Source: an uncultured Candidatus Rokubacteria bacterium (lineage in GTDB: Bacteria; Methylomirabilota; Methylomirabilia; Rokubacteriales; CSP1-6). From it: a DNA stretch of 64,000 nt. Under the pieces are notes generated by a model, which searched no databases, was not told the DNA's origin, and worked only from the letters and a program-made list of their open reading frames with translations. Below, in pieces: positions 19,614 through 29,789 of this stretch. Numbering within the stretch: the first letter of the stretch is position 1; each line of letters opens with the position of its first letter. A program made the position numbers and the translations under genes. The DNA is taken from assembly GCA_963758635.1 (NCBI GenBank), contig CAVWWD010000003.1, positions 416,001-480,000 of the forward strand, read 5' to 3'.

Positions 19614-20870
19614 TCAGAGCGCGCGGCGCTGAGGGGCGACCTCGAACCGCTTGCCGCCGTGGGTCACGAGGACGCGAAGATTGCTCGGGGTGCGGGGCCC
19701 GACGGGCACGCGGGCCCGGTAGACGCCCGGCGTCGAGGTCGAGGTGAGGCGCGCCTGGAGATCGCTTCCGTCCGGCAGCCAGCCGTGGAGCGAGACCTCG
19801 GCGTTGACCAGCGGCTGGCCGCGCGCGTCGGACAGGCGCGCGGTGTACGTGATGGTCCGCTCCTCGGCCCGGCCCGCCGCGTCGCTCTGGATCTCCACCC
19901 TGGGCGGGCCGCTCGGGCTGGCGTCCGGCGGCGCCTCGGCGCGTGTCGCAGCGAGGTGACGAGGCGCGGGCGCTTCGCGGAACGCCGCCGTCTGCCGCGG
20001 CGCGGGCGTCTCGCGGACCGCGGTGGCGGGCTGCGGGGCCGCCGGCGTCGCTGGCTGCGGGGCCGCCGGCGTCTCGCGGGCCGCCGACGTGGTGGTTGCC
20101 GGAGCCTCGCGCGCGGCCATGGGCGCGCGGTCGGAGGTGGTCTCCGGCCGCGCGGTCGTGATCTCGGGCGCCGGCGTCTCGACGGCCGCGGACGGAGCGA
20201 CGATCGGAGACGGCGTCACCCGCGCGTCTCGCGCCGCGGCGGGATCGGGCGGGTCCGGCGGCTCGAGCGCCACGAACGCCGCGGCCGCGGCAACGGCGGC
20301 GATGGCGCCCCCCAGCATCCACAGCGTCCGCGGCCGCCGCGGCAAGCGCCCGCGCTCTCCCGGCGCGGCCGCCCGTCCCGGCGACGGCGCGGGCGCCGCG
20401 TTCGCCATCGCGGCCACCGCCTGCCATCCCGACTGGAGGCCTTCTCGGGCGCGGGTGACCGTGGACAGTGACTGCTGCCGGGCCGTCTCGAGCCTGTCTC
20501 GCGCGCTGGTGACGGACGGCAGGGCCGGCAGGGATGGCCACGCCGCCGGCAAGGACCGCCACGCCGTCTCGATCCGATCGCGGGCATGCAGCGCCTGCGC
20601 CTTCCACGCCGGCGGTCGCTCCTCCGGCGGCGGCTCCAGATCGCGGACGATGGCGCCGTTCTCGTCGAGCACCACGAAGCCATGCGTCTGGATCTCTCGA
20701 TCGACGTCGGACGGCTTCCGCCGGTCGACGGCGGGCGCGCCGGAACCGGCGCGGCGGCGATCCACGACGATCTCGATGGAGTCCGGCCCCTCGCGGTCTC
20801 TTTCGAAGGCCACGATCAGATAGCCGTACAGCAAGGGCGCGCCGTGGGCGACGATGCAGAGACGTCTCAT
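19614..20870 (-). CDS. Hypothetical single-pass membrane protein with Pro/Ala/Thr linker and possible Ig-like (YtkA/FixH-like) C-terminal domain
   Basis: TM LWMLGGAIAAVAAAAAFV; low-complexity repeats; ARLSDARGQPLVNAEV...PGVYRA. Confidence 0.6.
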   Translation of the reverse strand: MRRLCIVAHGAPLLYGYLIVAFERDREGPDSIEIVVDRRRAGSGAPAVDRRKPSDVDREIQTHGFVVLDENGAIVRDLEPPPEERPPAWKAQALHARDRIETAWRSLPAAWPSLPALPSVTSARDRLETARQQSLSTVTRAREGLQSGWQAVAAMANAAPAPSPGRAAAPGERGRLPRRPRTLWMLGGAIAAVAAAAAFVALEPPDPPDPAAARDARVTPSPIVAPSAAVETPAPEITTARPETTSDRAPMAAREAPATTTSAARETPAAPQPATPAAPQPATAVRETPAPRQTAAFREAPAPRHLAATRAEAPPDASPSGPPRVEIQSDAAGRAEERTITYTARLSDARGQPLVNAEVSLHGWLPDGSDLQARLTSTSTPGVYRARVPVGPRTPSNLRVLVTHGGKRFEVAPQRRAL

Positions 20871-20982
20871 GACGTTGCCTCGGGCGCCCGGCCCCGAGAG
20901 GGGCCGTCCGGACGCCGGGTACCATCTTAACCCCGGCCCGCGCCTCCGGTCGCAAACCGCGAAGCGGGCCCCGCCGGCCGGG

Positions 20983-21789
20983 CTACGAGGCGGGACGCGC
21001 CGACGGGAAGCGCGGCGCGCGCTTCTCCCGGATGGCCGCGAGCCCCTCGCGCACGTCCTCGTCCATGAACGTGAGCATTTCGAGCGCGATCGACTGGTCG
21101 AAGATGGGCCCGGCCATCCGCAGCCAGTTGTTCAGCGAGCGCTTCGTCCAGCGGATGGCCTGCTGGGCCCCGGCGGCGAGCTTGTCCGCGACCTCGAGGG
21201 CCTTCGGCATGAGGTCGGCGGGGGGCACGCAGAGGCTGACGAGGCCGATCCGCTCCGCCTCCTTGCCGTCGATGAAGTCGCACGTGAGCAGGTAGTACTT
21301 GGCCTTGGCCATGCCGCAGAGAAGCGGCCAGACGATGGCCGCGTGGTCGCCGGCGACGACGCCGAGGCGGGTGTGGCCGTCGGTGATGCGCGCGGTCTCG
21401 GACATGATGCTGATGTCGGCCAGAAGCGCCACGACGAGCCCCGCGCCCACCGCCACGCCGTTGATCGCGGAGATCACCGGCTTGTCGAGGTTGATCATGT
21501 TGTAGACGATGTCCGACGCCTCCCGCACGGTGCGGGCCAGGCGCTTCGGGTCCCGGGAGTTGGCGTCGACCATGTCGAGGTCCCCGCCCGCCGAGAACGC
21601 CTTGCCCGCGCCGGTGACCACCGCGACGCGCGCCGCGTCGTCGGCGTCGAGGGTGAGCCACACCTGCGTCAGCTCCCAGTGCAGGCGGTCGTTGGTGGCG
21701 TTGAGGCGCTCGGGGCGGTTGATGGTGATCAGCACCACGCCGTTTGGCCGCCGCTCGAAGACGAGATGCTGGTAGTCCGCGTAGGTCAT
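20983..21789 (-). CDS. Enoyl-CoA hydratase/isomerase family
   Basis: INRPERLNA, AFSAGGDL, KPVISAINGVAVGAG. Confidence 0.9.
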   Translation of the reverse strand: MTYADYQHLVFERRPNGVVLITINRPERLNATNDRLHWELTQVWLTLDADDAARVAVVTGAGKAFSAGGDLDMVDANSRDPKRLARTVREASDIVYNMINLDKPVISAINGVAVGAGLVVALLADISIMSETARITDGHTRLGVVAGDHAAIVWPLLCGMAKAKYYLLTCDFIDGKEAERIGLVSLCVPPADLMPKALEVADKLAAGAQQAIRWTKRSLNNWLRMAGPIFDQSIALEMLTFMDEDVREGLAAIREKRAPRFPSARPAS

Positions 21790-21892
21790 GTGTCTTTTTC
21801 CTCCTGTCGCGAATGGTTCCGCCGTACCCGGTTACCTCGCGTCCCCCCGAGCGCGCGCGCCGACGAGGCCGCATCTTCCGATCCCCCCCCAC

Positions 21893-22237
21893 TCAGCCCG
21901 GCAGGTGGATCCTCGCGTACTGCGCGTCGACGACGAGGCCGTCGGCGCTCACCGCGAAGCTCGACGTGATGAGCCCGCGCGCGCCTGTCATCGCGCCGTC
22001 GCCGTCCGTGACCGTCCACATCACGGTGCCCCACTGCCAGCCCGGCATGGGGGCAGGGCCGACGTGGCCGCGGCCGATGGTGGAGAACCGGATCCGCCCG
22101 AGGGCGCCGTAGGTGATGGTGCCGCTTTCCACGAAGGTGCCATCGGGCTCGCGCCGCACCTCGGACTCGAGGACGGCCTCGTCCCCGTCGAGGACCTCGC
22201 GCGGGGGTTGTCTGACTCCGCCGAACAGCCGTGACAT
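21893..22237 (-). CDS. Hypothetical beta-strand-rich protein, possibly N-terminally truncated
   Basis: Coding-like ESEV...VTDGDGAMTGARGLITSSF region; no clear RBS. Confidence 0.45.
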   Translation of the reverse strand: MSRLFGGVRQPPREVLDGDEAVLESEVRREPDGTFVESGTITYGALGRIRFSTIGRGHVGPAPMPGWQWGTVMWTVTDGDGAMTGARGLITSSFAVSADGLVVDAQYARIHLPG

Positions 22238-22278
22238 CGCGCTCGTGCTGGCACACGTGACGCCTTCGCCTCGATGGC

Positions 22279-23233
22279 TTAGCTCCCATACCTGATCCGC
22301 GGGTCCAGGTACCCATACAGCAGATCCACCGCCAGGTTGATGCTCATGAACAGCACCGCGACGAACAGGATCGTGCTCTGCGTCAGGGGATAGTCGCGCT
22401 GGTAGATCGACCAGAGGACGAGGCGACCCACGCCGGGCAGCGTGAACACCTCCTCGATGACCACGGCACCGCCCAGGAGGATGCCGACCTGGAGACCCAC
22501 CACGGTGACCACCGGGATCATCGCGTTCGCGAATGCGTGCTTGAGGATCACCGCGCGCCCGGCCAGCCCCTTGGCCGTGGCCGTGCGCACGTACTCCGAG
22601 CGCAGCACGTCGAGCATGCACGCGCGCGTGGTGCGCGCGATGTTCGCCGCGCTCGCCGTGCCCAGGCAGAGCGCGGGCAGAGCCATGATCGTGAGGTTCT
22701 TCCGCGGATCGGTGAAGAGGTCCACCCAGACCACCGGCGGCATCCATCTCAGGACGAGCGAGAAGAGCAGGATCAGCATCGTGCCCTGCCAGAACACGGG
22801 CATGGACAGGCCCACGAGCGTGCCGACGCGCGTGGCGGCGTCCAGCGGCCCATCGCGGCGCGTGGCGGACAGGATGCCGGCGGGGATGCCCACGACGACG
22901 GCGAAGAGGACGGCGAGGACGGTCAGCTCGAGCGTCACCGGGAGCCGCTCCAGGATGAGGCCGAGCACGGGCTTGCCCGTCCGCCACGACGTGCCGAGAT
23001 CGCCGCGGACGAGCTGGCCGATCCACTGCGCGTACTGCACGTGCCACGGCTGGTCGAGCCCGAAGAACCGCTTGAGCTCGGCGACCATGGCCGGGCTCAC
23101 GATCGGCGTCGGCGCCGATCATCTGCTCGACCACGGTGCCGGGGATGAGCCGCAGCATGAGGAACACGAGCACGGTGAGGCCGGCCAGCGTCAGCCCCAT
23201 GGAGTAGAGCCGGACGGCGAGGTAGCGAGTCAC
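22279..23233 (-). CDS. dppB: Peptide/nickel ABC permease (DppB-like); frameshift near 23100
   Basis: GDLGTSW, ERLPVTLEL, EYVRTATAKGL, LYGYLDPRIR. Confidence 0.85.
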
Positions 23234-23276
23234 CGCATCACGTCCCCGAGACCACGCGGCGAGGTGACGCGGCCGA

Positions 23277-23311
23277 CCCTCACCCTGAGCCTCTCCCTGG
23301 AAGGGAGAGGG
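23277..23311. repeat. CCCTCACCC..CCTCTCCC-loop-GGGAGAGGG REP-type palindrome
   Basis: CCTCTCCCT-GGA-AGGGAGAGG hairpin with CCCTCACCCT leader. Confidence 0.7.
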
Positions 23312-23321
23312 AATGGGGCGA

Positions 23322-24877
23322 TCACGCGCGGTCGAGCCAGACGCCCTCGAAGCCGTAGAGAAGCGTGGTCGGGTGCTGGCGGAACCCCTTCACCGACGCC
23401 TGGGTGAAGTCGATGGTGTCGGCGGAGAAGAGCCAGAGGTGCGGGACGTGCTCGAGGATCATGACCTGCGCGCGGTCGTAGATGTCCTTGCGCTTCTTCG
23501 CGTCCATCGTGCGGCGGCCCTCCTCGAGGAGGGCGTCGAGGTCGGGCACGCTCCAGCTGTTCCAGTTCTGGCCCTTGGTGGAGTGGAGCGCGCGGAAGAA
23601 CGCGGTGTCGGGGTCGGCGTAGCCGGGCGTGGTGTTCATCGTCATGTCGAAGTCCTTGGCGAGCCACCGCTTGATCCACACCGCGTACTCGACGTTCTCG
23701 ATCTCCGCGGTGATGCCGATCTTCTTGAGCTGGGCCGCCACCACCGGCGCGCCCGACACCATGGTCGGGAACGTGGGGATCACGCCGAGCTTCACCGTGA
23801 AGCCGTTGCCGACGCCGGCCTCGACGAGCAGCTTCTTGGCTCGGTCGACGTCCGGCTTGTAGTAGCGCATCCACTGCGCCTCGGGAAGCTGCCACTGCTT
23901 CATGGGCGCGGTGGCGGGGGGGGTGAGCCGGCCGAAGCCGGAGGCGGCCACGCGCAGGATCTGCCCGCGATCCACCGCCCAGCTGATGGCCTGGCGCACC
24001 CGCACGTCCTTGAGGGGCCCGCGGCTCGCGTTGATGTTGAGGAAGTCGTAGCCGAGGCGGGAGCTCCGGTAGCCGGTGAGCCCCTTCTCGTCCTTCAGCA
24101 GGTTGAAGTTCTTGTTGTCCTCGATGAACGCGTGGTGGATCTGGCCGGTGCGGAGCGCGGCCACGATGTTGGCCTCGTCGGGGATGATGCGGAGGTTGAC
24201 CTCGTCGACGAGGGGCAGGCCCTTCTTGAAGTAGTCGGGGTGCCGCTTGAGCACCATCTGCTGCTCGACCTTCCAGTCGGTGAGCATGAAGGGGCCGGTG
24301 CCGAGCGCGGCCTTGTTCAGGTCGCCGTGCTTCTTGATGCCGGCCTCGCTGATGATGAAGCCCCAGAAGCCGCCGAGAGCGGCGAGGAGCCCGGCGAACG
24401 GCTCCTTGGTGAGGAACTTCACCGCGTACTTGCCCGCCGGCTCCACCTTGTCGACCGCGATGAAGTCCGACTTGCCCGGCGACTTGTCGAAGAGACGGTC
24501 GAAGGTGAACTTCACGTCCGCGGAGGTCATCTCCTGGCCGTCGTGGAACTTCACGCCCTGCCGGAGCTTGAACGTCCACGTGAGGCCGTCCCGGCTCACC
24601 TCCCACGACTCGGCGAGCTCGGGCGTGGGATTCATCTCGGGGTCGAAGCGGACGAGCTGGTTGTACATCATCGGCGAGCGGCGGCTGCGCGAGAACGCGG
24701 GCACGAGCTGCGGGTCGAGGCCCGTCGCCTCCGTCGTCTGGGCGGAGACGAACGTGCCGCCCGGCTTCGGCGTCTGCGCGCGCGCGGGCCGCGGCAGGGC
24801 GAGCGCGCCCGCGGCGAGGCCGCCGGCCCTGAGGAGGTCGCGCCGGGTGAGGGACGAGGAGCGGTGGGGGGTGGTAT
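23322..24877 (-). CDS. Family 5 ABC substrate-binding protein with Tat signal; start codon apparently missing its G
   Basis: AAGGAGG RBS then AT[G]ACCACC; SLTRRDLL; LAESWEVS, FKLRQGVKFHDG, GTGPF. Confidence 0.85.
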
Positions 24878-24953
24878 GATGCCTCCTTCGTCCGCTCGTG
24901 CGCCTTCCTCGTGGAATCAGCCTCGCGTGCGTTGTGCAATTGCGCGGGGCTCA

Positions 24954-25844
24954 TCACGCCGCGCCGGGGTCGAGGACGTCGCGCAGGCCGTCACCGATCA
25001 GGTTGAAGGCCAGGACGGCGACCATGATGGCGATCCCGGGGAACACCGAGATCCACGGCGCCGTCTCGAGATAGGTGCGTCCTTCGTTCAGCATGTTCCC
25101 CCACGACGGCGTGGGCGGCTGGGCGGACAGACCGAGGTAGCTCAGCGAGGCCTCGATCAGCACGGCCTGGGAGAAGGCGACCGTGCCTTGCACGACGAAC
25201 GGCGAGAGCACGTTGGGCAGGATGTGCTTGACGGCGACGGCGAGGCGCGAGGCGCCGAGCGCGCGCACCGCCTCGACGTACTCCTTCTCGCGCTCGGCGA
25301 GCACCGGCCCGCGCATCACCCGCGAGAGGAGCGGCGTGTAGACGATGGCGATGGCGATGACCGCGCTGTTGATCCCGGGCCCGCGCATGGCCGCGATGCC
25401 CACGGCGAGGAGGAGGCCGGGGATGCTGAAGAACACGTCCATCACTCGGTTGATCGCGTTGTCCCACATCCCGCCCAGGTAACCGGCGGCGAGGCCCAGC
25501 GTGCCGCCCGCGAGCATGGCGATCCCGATCGACACCACCGCCACGTACAGGGAGACGCGCGCTCCGTGGATGACGCGGCTCAGGACGTCGCGGCCGAAGC
25601 GGTCGGTGCCGAGGAGGGCCTGCGCGCTCGGCCGGGCCTCGATGAGGTCGAAGTTCTGCTCGTCGGGCGGATGCGGCGCGATGACGCCGGCGAACACCGC
25701 CATGAGCACGATCCCGAGCGCGCCCACCGCGCCCGCCACCACGATCGCGCTCCGGAACGTCCGCCGGAGCTGGCGGCCCCACCGGCGCGGCGCCTCGGCC
25801 GCGACCGGCCTGCCCGTCACGGCGACGCCGCGGGGTGCCGTCAT
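24954..25844 (-). CDS. dppC: Peptide/nickel ABC permease (DppC-like)
   Basis: LGTDRFGRDVLSR, EYVEA, PSWGNML, GDGLRDVLDP. Confidence 0.88.
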   Translation of the reverse strand: MTAPRGVAVTGRPVAAEAPRRWGRQLRRTFRSAIVVAGAVGALGIVLMAVFAGVIAPHPPDEQNFDLIEARPSAQALLGTDRFGRDVLSRVIHGARVSLYVAVVSIGIAMLAGGTLGLAAGYLGGMWDNAINRVMDVFFSIPGLLLAVGIAAMRGPGINSAVIAIAIVYTPLLSRVMRGPVLAEREKEYVEAVRALGASRLAVAVKHILPNVLSPFVVQGTVAFSQAVLIEASLSYLGLSAQPPTPSWGNMLNEGRTYLETAPWISVFPGIAIMVAVLAFNLIGDGLRDVLDPGAA

Positions 25845-27007
25845 CCGGCCAGGCCGACGAAGCCCGACCACCACTGGAACTTGCCGCCGAGCTCGACGTC
25901 GTACTTGCGGCCGAGCCGGAGCGTGCCGTCATCCCCGATGCGGAACACGGAGAGCGCCGCGGGCACCTTGCGGACGTCGTTGCCGTCGCGCACGAGCATG
26001 TCCGCGACGCTCGCCGCGACAAGGATCCGGCCGCTGGGATCGATGCTGAACGTCCGGACGTGGTAGGACTGCGGGTCGGCGTGCTGGATGGCCCTCGGCT
26101 CGCCGGTGCCCGGGTCGATCGAGAACACCGCGATGCTGTTCTCGCCGCCCCGGAACACGCGCTGGCCGTTCCACGGCACCGTCGCGCTGGCGCGATTCGA
26201 GACGTACACGGTGCGGCCGTTCGGATGGACGTGGATGGCCCCGGCCGCCTGCGGGACGTCGATGCCGTAGGTGCCGATCGTGCTGGGCAGGTTGTACGCC
26301 GGCTCCGCGGCCAGGCGGTCGCCGTCGCGGCGATGCATGTGCAGCTGGTTCTGCGATTCCACCGAGACGTACACCCACGCCTGCGTTGGATGGAAGTCGA
26401 GGTGACGGGGACCATATCCCAGCCCGCCCTTGCCGCCCACGGGCAGGCTGGCGAGCGGCGAGAGCTGGCCGTCCTGGAAGCGGTAGATCTTCAGGGCCCC
26501 CGGATCCTCGGCCTTCGCAGGCTCGGGGCGGTTGCCCCGGGTCACCATGATCACCGCCCGGTTGCCGGGCATCGCGAGCACCTGGTGCGCGAAGATGCCC
26601 ATGTCGATGCGAGCCGTCTGCGCCACCGCCGGGCCGACGGTGCCGTCGGCCGCGATGCGGTGCACGGTGAGGTTGCTCGGGTTGTTGTAGCAGGTGAGGG
26701 CATAGGCGCCGGTGGCGTCCACGCTGCTGTGGATCGGCCGCTGCGGCAGCGCCTGCGGCTCGCCGTGCATCGCGAGCGCGCCCGTCGCGTCGATGCGCAC
26801 CGCGCACAGCCGGTGCACCGAGCCGGGGCTGGGCGCGTTGCCCGAGGCGGCGTCGCTGGTCGACACGTACAGGTATCGGCGAGACGGATGCGGCCAGACG
26901 TACTGCACGTTGGAGGGCAGCGTGATCGACGCGCGGCGTGTGAGCGCCGCGTTGTCCACGTCAACGTCCCAGTGGGTGAGCTGGTCGCCCACGCTTTGAT
27001 AGAGCAC
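25841..27007 (-). CDS. Beta-propeller lactonase family (6-phosphogluconolactonase-like)
   Basis: GPRHLDFHP, IHVHPNGRTVYVSNR, RTFSIDPSG. Confidence 0.8.
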   Translation of the reverse strand: MLYQSVGDQLTHWDVDVDNAALTRRASITLPSNVQYVWPHPSRRYLYVSTSDAASGNAPSPGSVHRLCAVRIDATGALAMHGEPQALPQRPIHSSVDATGAYALTCYNNPSNLTVHRIAADGTVGPAVAQTARIDMGIFAHQVLAMPGNRAVIMVTRGNRPEPAKAEDPGALKIYRFQDGQLSPLASLPVGGKGGLGYGPRHLDFHPTQAWVYVSVESQNQLHMHRRDGDRLAAEPAYNLPSTIGTYGIDVPQAAGAIHVHPNGRTVYVSNRASATVPWNGQRVFRGGENSIAVFSIDPGTGEPRAIQHADPQSYHVRTFSIDPSGRILVAASVADMLVRDGNDVRKVPAALSVFRIGDDGTLRLGRKYDVELGGKFQWWSGFVGLAG

Positions 27008-27198
27008 CGTCCGTCTCCCTCCGCGAGGAGCATGCTAGGCCGGGCCGTGGGGGCGGTCAACCGACGAGGGCGGGCCGAGCGCGGCCCGGCCGCCGGGCCG
27101 GGCGCCCGGGTCCCGCCGGCGCGACATGCTTGCGGGGCGCCCGGTCCATCGGCCATGATTCGGGTGACCTCATCCCCGCGCCCGGGAAGGAGACACCC

Positions 27199-28674
27199 AT
27201 GCGCCTGCTGCCCGCGGAGACGGCATCGTTCCCCTCGCCGATCCCGACACAGTTCGTGGCCAGCGACGAGTTCACGCCTGCGCCGCAGACGGAGCGCCAG
27301 AAGCAGGTCGAGGCGCGCGTCAAGGAGCTGGGCGACCGGCTCGCGAAGCGGCAGGGCCTGAGCCGCCGCGCGTTCTTCCAGACCGCGGCGGGGATGGCGG
27401 CCGCGTTCGTGGCCATGAACGACGTCTACGGCCCCGTCTTCGGCGTCAGCCTCGCCGAGGCGCAGAGCCCGGACGTGGCCAACGAGCGGGCCAAGGCGCT
27501 CGCCGGCCAGTTCATCATGGACATGCACACGCACTTTCTCCGCGACGACACGCGGCTCGAAGGCTTCGTGCGCTCGCGGGAGGCGGTGGGCAAGGCGGGC
27601 TGGAACCCGATGCTGGCCGGCAAGACGCAGACGCTCGACGACCTGAAGTTCGCGAACTACTTCAAGGAGATCTACTTCGACAGCGACACCAAGGTGGCGC
27701 TGATCTCCGGCTCGGGCTCGGAGGAGCCGCGCGACTGGTTCCTCACCAACGAGATGAAGGCCGAGGCGCGGGCCAAGGTCAACCGGCTCACCGGCTCGCA
27801 GCGCCTCATGTCGCACGCGATCTTCATGCCCGGCATGCCGGGATGGATGGACGCGGTGGACGAGGCCATCGCGCAGCTCAAGCCCGACTCGTTCAAGGGC
27901 TACACGGTGGGCGACAACACCAACAAGCAGCTCTCCAAGCACCCCTGGCGCATGGACGACGAGAAGCTCCTGTACCCGTTCTACGAGAAGCTCGTGAAGG
28001 CGGGGCTCGTGAACGTGTGCGTGCACAAGGGCCTCTACCCGATGTCGACCACGCAGCGGTTCCCGGACCTCGTCCAGTACGCCGACGTGCGCGACGTGGG
28101 CAAGGCCGCGAAGGACTGGCCGCAGCTCAACTTCGTCATCTACCACTCGGCCTTCCGGTTCACCGGCGGCGAGGGCAAGAACGGCCTGGCCCAGTTCGAG
28201 CAGACCGGGCGCGTGGACTGGGTGACCGACCTCGCCGAGATCCCCGCGAAGTACGGGGTCACGAACGTGTACGGCGACCTCGGGCAGATCTTCGCCCAGA
28301 GCACGGTGGCCGAGCCGCGCCTGTGCGCGGCGATGATGGGCATGCTCGTCAAGGGGCTCGGCGCCGACCACGTGGTGTGGGGCACCGACGCGATCTGGAC
28401 GGGCGCGCCGCAGTGGCAGATCGAGGCGCTGCGCCGGCTCGAGATCCCCGAGGACATGCAGAAGAAGCACGGGTTCCCGCCGCTCGGGCCGGCCGACGGC
28501 CCGGTCAAGCGCGCGATCTTCGGCGAGAACTCCGCGCGGCTCTACCGCTACGACGCCAAGCGGCGGGCGGAGCTCGGCCGCGACCGCATCGCGCTCGCCC
28601 GGGCCGACTACGAGCGCGAGGGGCCGGGGCGGACCAACCTCCGCTACGGCTTCGTGGCGGAGTCGCTCGCGTAG
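27199..28674 (+). CDS. Amidohydrolase family protein
   Basis: DMHTH, VCVHKG, IYHS, WGTDAIW; AAGGAG RBS. Confidence 0.85.
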   Translation: MRLLPAETASFPSPIPTQFVASDEFTPAPQTERQKQVEARVKELGDRLAKRQGLSRRAFFQTAAGMAAAFVAMNDVYGPVFGVSLAEAQSPDVANERAKALAGQFIMDMHTHFLRDDTRLEGFVRSREAVGKAGWNPMLAGKTQTLDDLKFANYFKEIYFDSDTKVALISGSGSEEPRDWFLTNEMKAEARAKVNRLTGSQRLMSHAIFMPGMPGWMDAVDEAIAQLKPDSFKGYTVGDNTNKQLSKHPWRMDDEKLLYPFYEKLVKAGLVNVCVHKGLYPMSTTQRFPDLVQYADVRDVGKAAKDWPQLNFVIYHSAFRFTGGEGKNGLAQFEQTGRVDWVTDLAEIPAKYGVTNVYGDLGQIFAQSTVAEPRLCAAMMGMLVKGLGADHVVWGTDAIWTGAPQWQIEALRRLEIPEDMQKKHGFPPLGPADGPVKRAIFGENSARLYRYDAKRRAELGRDRIALARADYEREGPGRTNLRYGFVAESLA

Positions 28675-28684
28675 CCGCGCGCCG

Positions 28685-29784
28685 TCAGCGCGGATCGTCG
28701 GGCAGCGAGCGCACGAAGGACGGATCGCACGCGACCTGGACCCGGGCCCCCGCCGGGAACAGGCCTCGGCGCGCCGGGTCGTAGGTCACGGCCTGGAGCG
28801 CCGTGCCTTGCACGTCCACGACGTACTCCACCTTCTCGCCGAGGAACGTGCGGCTCCGCACGACGCCGGCCGCCGCCACCTGGCCCCGCGGCACCTTCGC
28901 CGTCTCGGACAGGAGGTCCAGCGAGCTCGGGGCGGAGCACGAGCACCAGCGCCTGCCCCGGGGCGCAGCCGGGATCGGCGTGCACGCGCACCTTGGCGCC
29001 CCACAGCTCGGTGTCCACGCCGCCGTCGGCGGCGTGGCCGGCGCGCGCCGGCACCAGGTTCACGCGCCCGATGAACTCGGCCACGAACGACGACGCCGGG
29101 CGCCCGGTAGAGGTCCTCGGCGGTGCCGAGCTGCGCGACGCGGCCGTGCCGCATCACGGCGATCCGGTCGGACAGCGCCATGGCCTCCTCCTGGTCGTGG
29201 GTCACGTAGACCGTGGTGATCCGGAGCTGCCGCTGCAGCCGTGACAGCTCGTCGCGCATCTCCACGCGCAGCCGCGCGTCCAGGTTCGACAGCGGCTCGT
29301 CGAACAGCAGCAGCGCCGGCTCGATCACGACCGCGCGGGCCACCGCCACCCGCTGCTGCTGGCCCCCCGAGAGCTGGTCGGGATAGCGCGGCTCGTAGCC
29401 CGGCAGTCCCACCAGCTCGAGCGACCTGCCCGACGCGGGACCGCAGCGCGGCGGACGCCAGGCCGCGCACCCGGAGCCCGAAGGCGACGTTGTCGAACAC
29501 GGACAGATGCGGGAAGAGCGCGTAGTTCTGGAAGACGAAGCCGATGTTGCGGCGGTAGGCCATGAGCCCGGTGACGTCCGCCTCGCCGATGAACACGCGT
29601 CCTTCGTCCGGCTGCTCGAAGCCGGCGACCATGCGCAGCGTGGTCGTCTTGCCGCACCCGGACGGGCCCAGCAGCGTCATGAGCTCCCCGGCTCCACGGT
29701 GAGGCTCACGTCGTTCACCGCGGCCACGTCGCCCGCGCCCTGGCGCGTGAACCGCTTCGACACCCGCTCGAGCCGCAGGCGCAT
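28685..29784 (-). CDS. Fe3+/polyamine-type ABC ATPase; several frameshifts
   Basis: [43 protein letters not shown] across frames. Confidence 0.85.
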
Positions 29785-29789
29785 GCCGG

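Noticed and set aside
21893..23233. 446-aa ORF joining the DppB N-terminus to a hypothetical protein
   Set aside because: Product of the frameshift near 23100; the middle is off-frame Arg/Pro-rich sequence
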